Shown piece by piece: positions 10,162 to 18,092 of a stretch of 64,000 nucleotides of DNA. Made by a program: the position numbers and the translations under genes. Each line of letters opens with the position of its first letter. Positions within the stretch are counted from its first letter, which is position 1. Origin of the DNA: an uncultured Chloroflexia bacterium (GTDB lineage: Bacteria > Chloroflexota > Limnocylindria > Limnocylindrales > CSP1-4). The DNA lies in NCBI GenBank assembly GCA_963720755.1, contig CAVRGP010000006.1, positions 32,001 through 96,000 on the forward strand, read 5' to 3'. Below the pieces are notes generated by a model. The model did no database searches. It worked only from the letters and a program-made list of their open reading frames with translations, and was not told the origin of the DNA.

Positions 10162-11310
10162 ATGCGCCTGCTCGAATACCGGCTCGCGAGCGCGCTGCTC
10201 CGTCTCGTCCGGCTCATCGCGATGCGCCTCCCGACCCACCCCGAGCGGGTCGTGCTGGCGACCGCACGGGTCGCCACGCTCGACGGCAATCTGCTCTACA
10301 TCGATCAGGCGCTGCGCGCGCGGCATCCCGAGCTCGACTACGTCCACCTGCTCGAACCGTACAGCTACGGATTGACCGGCAAGATCGCCTATCTCGTCCG
10401 GCTCATCCGAGGCATGTATCACCTCCAGACGGCGGGCCTGTTCATCGTCGACAACGCCTATCTGCCCATCCACGTGGCGCCGCATCGAGCATCGACGACC
10501 GTCGTCCAGGTCTGGCATGCGGCCGGCGCCCTCAAGCGCTTCGGCCTGGACACGGCGCGACCGCCGGCGGAGCCTGAGCGGACCTTCCTGCATCGCTATT
10601 ACGACTGGGTCGTCGTCGGTGGTGAGTGGACCCGGGGGCCCTATGCGGCCGCGCTGCGGACGCCGCTCGAGCGGGTGCTCGCGCTCGGTTCGCCGCGGAC
10701 CGATGCGTTCTTCGACGAAGCGGCCCTTGCTGCGGCGCGCGAGCGAGTCGTCGCCCGGCATCCTGGTCTCGCCGGTCGACGCGTCGTCCTGTATGCACCG
10801 ACATTCCGCGGTCGCGGCATCGGCAAGCGAGCGGCACCCGGACTCGACGGCGCCAAGCTGCGCGCCGGACTGTCGAACGAGTACGTCCTCGTGCTCAAGA
10901 CGCACCCGAACCTCGATCCGGCGGCCACGAACGTCGATGGCTTCGATGTCATCGCGGATCCGGCCAGCGAGATCAACGATCTGCTTGCCCTGACCGATGT
11001 CCTGATCACCGACTACTCGTCGTCGGTCATCGAGTTCGCCATCCTCCATCGCCCGATCATCCTGCTCATCCCGGACCTGGCAGAGTACGAACGGGATCCC
11101 GGGCTGTACCTCGACTACCGGACCGACATGATCGGGGTCCAGGTCACCGATACCGAGGCGCTCCTTGACGCGATCCTTCAGGATCGATCCGACATCGACG
11201 CCTACGACTCGTTCATCGAGCGACAACTCGGGCCACACCACGGTGGGGCGAGCGACCGGTTCGTCGACCGGTTCATCGACGGTCGAATGGCCGGCGACGG
11301 GCGGCGCTGA
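10162..11310 (+). CDS. CDP-glycerol/ribitol phosphotransferase (TagB/TagF family)
   Basis: QVWHAAGALKRFG, GSPRTD, LYAPTFRG, KTHP, LITDYSSSVIEF. Confidence 0.92.
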   Translation: MRLLEYRLASALLRLVRLIAMRLPTHPERVVLATARVATLDGNLLYIDQALRARHPELDYVHLLEPYSYGLTGKIAYLVRLIRGMYHLQTAGLFIVDNAYLPIHVAPHRASTTVVQVWHAAGALKRFGLDTARPPAEPERTFLHRYYDWVVVGGEWTRGPYAAALRTPLERVLALGSPRTDAFFDEAALAAARERVVARHPGLAGRRVVLYAPTFRGRGIGKRAAPGLDGAKLRAGLSNEYVLVLKTHPNLDPAATNVDGFDVIADPASEINDLLALTDVLITDYSSSVIEFAILHRPIILLIPDLAEYERDPGLYLDYRTDMIGVQVTDTEALLDAILQDRSDIDAYDSFIERQLGPHHGGASDRFVDRFIDGRMAGDGRR

Positions 11311-11313
11311 CCG

Positions 11314-12027
11314 TCAGCGACGGCGCAGGATCGCGGCGACCAGGCCGAAGACGCCCGCGAGGGCGAGTGCGCCGCGCCAGTCGAGCAGCGCGGTGACCTC
11401 ACCGTCCACTTTGCCCGCGATGACGACGCCGGCGAAGCCCTTTCGTTGGAAGGTGACCTTGCCCGCCATCAGGTTCCAGACGCCGACCTGGTCCAGCCTG
11501 GCCTCTCGTGCGAAGAGCGCCCGGACGAATGACTGACTGACCTTCGCATCGCCGGCGAGCGCGAGGGCGATGCCCCCCATCTCGGTCGAGATGGTGTCAC
11601 CACGGGCGATCGCGATCCCGCCCATGCTGACGGCGACATCCTGCGCAGCAACGGAGGCGATTCCTCCCTGCCTGACGTCCACGTGGGTGGCCTCGACCTG
11701 GGTGATCCCGCCACGTGTCACGTTTACGTTCGTGGCTTTGGCGAGGTCGATCCCGCCGTCCTGGACGGTCACCGTATCTGGCGATTTGAGCGGCGACGCC
11801 GCGGTCGCCGCAGCCGCAGGTTTCGCGGCCGGTGCGGTCTTGGCGGCCGCAGGCTTTGCAGCGGGTTTGGCCCTGGCGGCCGGTTTCTGCGCAGCCGGCT
11901 TCCTGGATGTGGCGGTCGCGCCGTTCGACCCGCTCGAGGCCGCGGTCGTCGCCTTCCGAGTCTTGGCTCCCGCCTGGGTCGCATCGGGTCCCGAGCCCGG
12001 ATCCTCCGGTGTCGGTCGATCTGTCAT
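11314..12027 (-). CDS. Hypothetical protein: K/P/A-rich N-terminus, 15-residue repeats, C-terminal membrane anchor
   Basis: KPAA repeats; A-x-x-V-x-V-x-x-GGI repeats; terminal hydrophobic helix followed by RRR; TAGGCT 6 nt before ATG. Confidence 0.75.
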   Translation of the reverse strand: MTDRPTPEDPGSGPDATQAGAKTRKATTAASSGSNGATATSRKPAAQKPAARAKPAAKPAAAKTAPAAKPAAAATAASPLKSPDTVTVQDGGIDLAKATNVNVTRGGITQVEATHVDVRQGGIASVAAQDVAVSMGGIAIARGDTISTEMGGIALALAGDAKVSQSFVRALFAREARLDQVGVWNLMAGKVTFQRKGFAGVVIAGKVDGEVTALLDWRGALALAGVFGLVAAILRRR

Positions 12028-12135
12028 GGGCCAAGCCTACCGCGCGGGACCAAGATGCGCGAGCGCCGGAATGCCCGACGGGCGATCGTCATGTATCCTC
12101 CGCGACGTCCATCTCACCGTACTCAGAGGGCGACC

Positions 12136-13350
12136 TTGAATCGGACGACCGGTGGGGTCATCGCGGTGGTCATCACGGCGGTGCTCCTGATCGCATTCAC
12201 TGCGACGACCCTCGGGCAACCCGGACCGACTGCCGGGCCTGGGCCGATCGGACAGGCGTCCGCGACACCCTCCTCGTCGCCGGCGACCGTGGCGGGAACG
12301 CCGACGGCATCGCCGACCGCGACGGCCACGCCGACCCCGACGCCCGAACCGACCCCGGTCCCGACGCCGACCACGGTGCCGGCGCCGCTCACCGGTCGCC
12401 TCGTGTCACCCGCCGTCGCAGCTCGACATCCGATCGCGGTGATGATCGACGACCTGATCGACGCTCGTCCCCAGTCCGGCCTGTCCGCCGCCTCGGTCGT
12501 GTGGCACGCACCGGCCGAAGGGGGGATCCCGCGGTACATGGCGATCTTCCAGGACGAGCTGCCCAAGGACATCGGACCGGTCAGGAGCTCGCGCTACTAC
12601 TACATCGCCTGGGCTGCCGAATGGCGGGCGATCTATGCCCACGCCGGCGGTTCCCCACAGGCGCTGGACACACTGCGGGCGAAGGGCAGCGGCCAGTATG
12701 TCTACAACGTCGACGAATTCCGATACAGCGGGACGTTCCGTCGGATCACCACGCGCTACGCGCCCCACAACCTGTACACGACGGCGAAGCAGTTGCGCAG
12801 CGTCGGGAAGAACGCGGGCGCCGCTGACAAGGTCTACAAGGCTGCCTGGACGTTCGCCCCGGACGCACCCCTCGACATGCGGCCGTACGGCGGCTCGATC
12901 ACCGTCAAGTACCCGTACAACACGATCAAGTACACGTACAACCGCAACACGAACACCTACCTGCGTTCGGTCACCGGCGAGAAGAAGCAGACCGACGCCG
13001 CGACCGGGGAGCGGATCGCGCCGGCGAACGTGATCGTCATGCGGATGCAATTCGGCCCGCTCAACGACGGCCACCCGACCAAGCACCGACTCGAGGCGAC
13101 GGTCATCGGCAGCGGACCTGCCTGGATCTCGACCAACGGGGTGACCATCAAGGGGACGTGGAAGAAGACCTCGATGACCAAGCCGACGAAGTTCTACGAC
13201 CGAAACGGCAACGAGGTCACGCTGACGGTCGGTCAGACGTTCATCCAGGTGCTGACGACGAATACCTACAGTTACTCGGCGACGTTCAAGGCCGGCTCGA
13301 TGACCCCACCCGCGACGCCCGCCCCAAGCGCCAGCCCGACCTCGAACTGA
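12136..13350 (+). CDS. DUF3048 family secreted/membrane-anchored protein
   Basis: PIAVMIDD..ARPQSGL, AEGGIPRYMAIF, IGPVRSSR, APHNLY. TTG start inferred, followed by a signal/TM segment and a PT linker. Confidence 0.88.
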   Translation: MNRTTGGVIAVVITAVLLIAFTATTLGQPGPTAGPGPIGQASATPSSSPATVAGTPTASPTATATPTPTPEPTPVPTPTTVPAPLTGRLVSPAVAARHPIAVMIDDLIDARPQSGLSAASVVWHAPAEGGIPRYMAIFQDELPKDIGPVRSSRYYYIAWAAEWRAIYAHAGGSPQALDTLRAKGSGQYVYNVDEFRYSGTFRRITTRYAPHNLYTTAKQLRSVGKNAGAADKVYKAAWTFAPDAPLDMRPYGGSITVKYPYNTIKYTYNRNTNTYLRSVTGEKKQTDAATGERIAPANVIVMRMQFGPLNDGHPTKHRLEATVIGSGPAWISTNGVTIKGTWKKTSMTKPTKFYDRNGNEVTLTVGQTFIQVLTTNTYSYSATFKAGSMTPPATPAPSASPTSN

Positions 13351-13357
13351 CAGGACG

Positions 13358-14656
13358 TCAATCCGGCCGGCGTCGACCCGCGTTCACGGCCGCATAGACC
13401 TCGCGTGTCTCCTGGGCGACGTCCGACCATGTTCGGGGGCTCCCCATCGCACTCGCCCGGGCGATCTCGGTGAGGCGTCCATGAACGGCATCGTCGGCCC
13501 AGAGCGTCCCCAGGGCGACCGCCATGCGAGCCGGGTCCCGAGGTTCGATCAGGAGTCCGGCCGGTCCGACGAGCTCAGGCAATGGTCCGACCGATGTCGC
13601 GATGACCGGCACGCCGCAGGCCAGCGCTTCGATGATCGGCAATCCGGCCGCCTCTGAAACGACCGGGAGGACGACGCCGCGGGCGCCCTGGATCAATCGA
13701 ACGAGATCGTCGACCGGAAGCGCTGGCGCGTAGACCAGGGTCTCGCCGATCCCCTTGCGCGCCGCCGCCCGGGCGATAGATGCTCTGTCGTCGGGACTGG
13801 CGCCGACGATCAGCACGCGGGGTGGCCAGGCGATCGCCTCGTCCAACCCTGCCGGACGCCCGGCCGCCGCCAGATCGGCCAACGAGGACAGGAACGTGCC
13901 GAGGTCGAGGCGGGCATCGAATCGCCCAGGCAGGACGAAGTAGCGCGACCCGAGACCGAGGCGTTCGCGGAGGGCGTCTCCATCCTCATCCGAGTTCGGA
14001 CCAGGTGGACGAAGACCGAAGCCGTGTCGCGGGGCCAGGCGGACGACGTGGATCCGGTCGCGACGGATCCGAAGCATCCGCCGCGCGGCAAGCGCGGTCG
14101 CCTCGCTGCCGACGATGACCGCAGCGGCTTCTCTGAGCAGTCGGGTACGCAGTCGCTGGCCGAACCGATTCGCCGCCGATCGGTTGAACGCCTGGCGCAG
14201 CTCCCATGGTGCGACGTCGAGCAGCGTGACCACGACCGGCAGTCCGGAGGCGATCGGCAACGGGCCACTGCCCACCGCGTGGTAGACGGCGCCGGTCGCA
14301 CCGCGCTTGTCGGCTCTCCAGGCGGTTCCGAATGCGGCGCTCCTGAGGATGAACGGATCGACGGTCATCGCCCCGGCGCGCAACAACCTCGTGGGCGGCA
14401 GTTGCCGTCGGCCGGCTTCATCGAGGTGTTCGAACCTGGCGGTCACATCGGCCAGATCGGCAGCGACCAGCCAGACGAACGACTCACCCTCGGCCGGCTC
14501 GCTGTCGTACGCCGTCAGGAGGCCGTCCAGGTACTGCGCAGCCACCGGCGCTCGGTCGGGGGCCTGGAGTGGCCGTACGTCGAGAACGACCCGGACCCCC
14601 GGCGGCCGAGGGCGAAGATCGATCCCCAGACGCTGACCCGCTCCCGTACCGGTCAC
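13358..14656 (-). CDS. GT4-family glycosyltransferase
   Basis: VVTLLDVAPW and SEAAGLPIIEALACGVPVIAT motifs; GTG overlaps the upstream stop. Confidence 0.85.
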   Translation of the reverse strand: MTGTGAGQRLGIDLRPRPPGVRVVLDVRPLQAPDRAPVAAQYLDGLLTAYDSEPAEGESFVWLVAADLADVTARFEHLDEAGRRQLPPTRLLRAGAMTVDPFILRSAAFGTAWRADKRGATGAVYHAVGSGPLPIASGLPVVVTLLDVAPWELRQAFNRSAANRFGQRLRTRLLREAAAVIVGSEATALAARRMLRIRRDRIHVVRLAPRHGFGLRPPGPNSDEDGDALRERLGLGSRYFVLPGRFDARLDLGTFLSSLADLAAAGRPAGLDEAIAWPPRVLIVGASPDDRASIARAAARKGIGETLVYAPALPVDDLVRLIQGARGVVLPVVSEAAGLPIIEALACGVPVIATSVGPLPELVGPAGLLIEPRDPARMAVALGTLWADDAVHGRLTEIARASAMGSPRTWSDVAQETREVYAAVNAGRRRPD

Positions 14657-15450
14657 GACTCGTTGCGGCGGCGGGACCGACGGATCCGCCCGATGAGGTC
14701 CTCTGCGCGAAGTTGGACGACGACGACGAGCGCCTCGACCACGATCCTCCGGCTCATCTTGGATTGGCCGACCCGGCGATCGCGGAACGTGATCGGGACC
14801 TCCTCGATGCGCGCGCCCGAACGGCTCGCCCGAAAGGTCATCTCGATCTGGAAGACGTAGCCGCCGGCATGGACCCCATCGAACGGAACGTTGGCCAGGG
14901 TTTCCGCCCGCCACGCCTTGAAGCCTCCGGTCAGATCGTGCTGGTGAAGACCCAGGACGATCCTGGCGAACAGGCTCCCGCCGCGTGAGACGATCCGGCG
15001 ACCCAGCCCCCAGTCAGCGACCGATCCACCCGCGACGTAGCGCGACCCGATGACCAGGTCTGCCGACCCATCCGCGATCGGGCCGACGAGCGCCGGCAAC
15101 GCCTCCGGCGCATGACTGAAATCGGCATCCATCTGGACGACCGTGGTCGCCCCACCGTCGAGCGCCACGCCGAAGCCGTCGAGATAGGCACGGCCCAGAC
15201 CTTGTTTGAGCGAGCGATGGCGGACCCGGATGCGCGGATCTGCTGCCGCGAGTGCGTCAGCCAGACGGCCGGTCCCGTCCGGGGAGTCGTCATCGACCAC
15301 GAGGATGGTCGCGCCCGGGAGCGCGGCCAGCACCGCCTTCGTGATCGGCTCGATGTTCTCCGCTTCGTCGTAGGTCGGCAGGACGATCCAGGCGCCCGCG
15401 CCAGGCTGGTCGCGCGGCGGGATCGAGGTCGGATCGGCGGTCTCCGTCAT
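14653..15450 (-). CDS. Polyprenol monophosphomannose synthase (GT2, Ppm1/Dpm1-like)
   Basis: LPTYDEAEN, VVDDDSPDGTG, QMDADFSH, DLVIGSRY, DLTGGFKAW, GQSKMS. Confidence 0.92.
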   Translation of the reverse strand: MTETADPTSIPPRDQPGAGAWIVLPTYDEAENIEPITKAVLAALPGATILVVDDDSPDGTGRLADALAAADPRIRVRHRSLKQGLGRAYLDGFGVALDGGATTVVQMDADFSHAPEALPALVGPIADGSADLVIGSRYVAGGSVADWGLGRRIVSRGGSLFARIVLGLHQHDLTGGFKAWRAETLANVPFDGVHAGGYVFQIEMTFRASRSGARIEEVPITFRDRRVGQSKMSRRIVVEALVVVVQLRAEDLIGRIRRSRRRNES

Positions 15451-15478
15451 CGCCCGAAGTCTACGGGTCGCACGCCGA

Positions 15479-17938
15479 CTACGGAACCTTGACGACGACG
15501 GACCGGGCGAACCGCGACGCGCCGATCCGGCTGGTCGCGTCGATCACGATCTTGTAGGTGCCAGCTGCCACGTACGCGTGTGCCGCCTTGCCGTTCCAGG
15601 TCCAGCTATGGACGCCGGCCGTCATGGCTTGCCCGCTCCGGATCGTGCGAACGAGCCTCGACCCCTGGTAGATGGCGACCGTGACCGTGGCCTTGCGAAG
15701 CAACGAGAAGGTCACCGTGTCCCGCTGACCCACTCGCGGCCGGAACGAAGCGGCAGACCAGCGAACAGACCGGATGGTCCGGTCGACCCGGACAGCCAGG
15801 TCCTTGACCGTCCGGTTGCCGGCGGCGTCGAGGCCATTGATCCGGAAGGTGTAGCGCCCATCAGGGACTCGCCGGCCCCTGGCGTCATCGCCGTTCCAGA
15901 CCCACCGACCCGTGGCCGACTTCTTGATGGCCCAGCCGCGAACCACCTTGCCCGCTTGATCGAGGATCCGGGCCTTGCCCGTGACCGCCTCGCTCGCCGA
16001 CATGGCGAGGGCCATCCGATCGGTGTGTCCATCGCCATCTGGCGAGATAGAGAGATGTGAGGATGACATCCGCACGGAAGCGGCGTGCGTGTCGATGGTC
16101 ACGACTTTGGCCACGCTCGCCCGGTTGTCCGAAGCGTCGGCCGTCCACACGGTGATCCGGTACGGCCCATCCGGGACCGCGGCCCCGGCCCCGGTCTTGC
16201 CGTCCCAGGTATAGCTGACGGTCTTGCTGGACGACGACCCGGACACGACCTTCGGCCCGGCGATACTGTCGAAGTAGGGTTCCACGACCCACCCGAAGGT
16301 GAGCTGTCCGGTCACCTTGACGTTGATGGTCGTCGTATCCAGACGACCGTCGCCGTTCGGTGACACGAGCGTGGTGCTGATCGAGGAACTGGTGATGACC
16401 GGCGGCACCGTGTCCGTGATGAACTTGTCGCCGAGCGCCTGGTAGAGCTCCGGCCGGGTCCCGTCATAGCCGAGCGCCCAGATCCCAACGCCGCGGAGGT
16501 TGTCCTTGTTGACCAGGTCGTACTTGAGTCGGAGCGCCTTGGAGCTATCGAAATAAAGCTGGCGCCACGGGTTGACGCAGCCGTAGGTCGCGGTGCAGTT
16601 CTGGCGCCGATAGACGGTCCAGGCCACGCCTTCCACCGGGTCCCACGATTGACCGTGGTCGGCGGCGTACTTGCGGGCGGTCGTGTAGACCACGGATGCC
16701 GACGCGCCGTTCTTGGTCCCGGAGATGTTCTTGGAGTTCAAGTCCGCGGTCTTGGTCGACCAGGCGCGGCCGTAGTAGGGGACGCCCAGGATGATCCTGG
16801 AAGCGGGGATCCGAGCCAGGTACGCCTGCAACGTGTCACCGACGTCGTAGGTGGGGCCCCCGATCGGCGCGATCGACCCGACCGTCGCCGAGGATGCTGA
16901 CCGGTAGTCGTAGCCCATGATCACCACGGCGTCGGCCGCGTTGGAGCCGGTCGAATCCTCGATCGGATAGTTGCCGATCCAGCCGGTCGCGTCGAACGTC
17001 AGCTGGTAGCCCGCATGGACCTTGTCCAACTCGTTGCGGACGGACTTGACGAGCGCGGTGAATTCGTCGGCGTAGGTCGACGCGATCGGCTCGAAGTCCA
17101 GGTTGGCCCCATCGGCGCCCCGATCCCTGACCGCCGCCGCGATCTGGCGGGCCAGGTTCGCGCGGTTGGCGCTGCTGCCGAGCAGGGTCATTTGATTCTT
17201 CGCACCGGTCGTCGACCAGGCGAAACTCTGGACCGTGAGCACGACGCGGGCCCCGCTCGCGTGCGCAGCGTTGATGATGCTGGTCATCTTGGAGCTCGTC
17301 CAGCCGCTCCAGCCGACCGTCGTGGATCCATCGCTGTTCCGGCGCTGGAGGTCACCGTTGCTGGCGGCTCCGACACCGAAGTAGGCGATCGTCGACAGCT
17401 TCGCCCAGTCGAGTCGGGTCGAGCTGGCGTTCAGCTCCCAGTACGGCAGGAACCCGAAGACTTCCCGTTTGAGACCGCCCGGATCGACCGCTGCGGCCAG
17501 GTCGGCCGGGATCGCGGCCGACGGGTCGAACACCGGCGTGTCGACCGAGCCGACCGATCCTGATGGGGCGATCGTCGTGGTCGCGGGGACCGGTGCGGAT
17601 CCCTGCCGGCGCAGGTCGTTGCCGGTCAGCCGTCCGGCGGGGAGCGCCTGCGACCTGGCGCCACCGACGTTCCATCGATCACTGTGCCGTGGCTTGAACC
17701 CGATCGACACCCGATCACCCGGGGCGAACGCGATCTTGTCCGCGGCGTGCGCCATCGCTTCTTCGTACTGGATCGTGGGTTGCACGTGGGCGGGCGAGGC
17801 CGAAGCCGTCGGGTCGGCCGCGCGGACAGCGGCGGCCGGAGCCCAGACTGCGAGCAGGGCAAGGCCCGTGGCGAGCACGACCAGGGTCCGGGCGGCCGGG
17901 CGGTGTCGGGCGGCGGGGCGTACGACGGGCGATGACAC
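15479..17938 (-). CDS. Secreted GH18 glycoside hydrolase with C-terminal FlgD-type Ig repeats
   Basis: Signal peptide; DGANLDFE, IMGYDY, ILGVPYYGR, GVGIWALGYD; SPNGDG..WDG..PDGxY repeats; GGAGG before GTG. Confidence 0.88.
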   Translation of the reverse strand: MSSPVVRPAARHRPAARTLVVLATGLALLAVWAPAAAVRAADPTASASPAHVQPTIQYEEAMAHAADKIAFAPGDRVSIGFKPRHSDRWNVGGARSQALPAGRLTGNDLRRQGSAPVPATTTIAPSGSVGSVDTPVFDPSAAIPADLAAAVDPGGLKREVFGFLPYWELNASSTRLDWAKLSTIAYFGVGAASNGDLQRRNSDGSTTVGWSGWTSSKMTSIINAAHASGARVVLTVQSFAWSTTGAKNQMTLLGSSANRANLARQIAAAVRDRGADGANLDFEPIASTYADEFTALVKSVRNELDKVHAGYQLTFDATGWIGNYPIEDSTGSNAADAVVIMGYDYRSASSATVGSIAPIGGPTYDVGDTLQAYLARIPASRIILGVPYYGRAWSTKTADLNSKNISGTKNGASASVVYTTARKYAADHGQSWDPVEGVAWTVYRRQNCTATYGCVNPWRQLYFDSSKALRLKYDLVNKDNLRGVGIWALGYDGTRPELYQALGDKFITDTVPPVITSSSISTTLVSPNGDGRLDTTTINVKVTGQLTFGWVVEPYFDSIAGPKVVSGSSSSKTVSYTWDGKTGAGAAVPDGPYRITVWTADASDNRASVAKVVTIDTHAASVRMSSSHLSISPDGDGHTDRMALAMSASEAVTGKARILDQAGKVVRGWAIKKSATGRWVWNGDDARGRRVPDGRYTFRINGLDAAGNRTVKDLAVRVDRTIRSVRWSAASFRPRVGQRDTVTFSLLRKATVTVAIYQGSRLVRTIRSGQAMTAGVHSWTWNGKAAHAYVAAGTYKIVIDATSRIGASRFARSVVVKVP

Positions 17939-18092
17939 GACATTCCTCCGGTGATCCTGCACTGCCCCAGCCTCGTGTCAGGCGCTTCGCGCATCCATCG
18001 CCCGAAGGTCCCGGTCAGGGATGGTACGGGGCACTACAGTGCGGTCCGGGTCGGCCCGGTGTTGTCCGGTGTGGTCCAGATGCTACGCCGGG

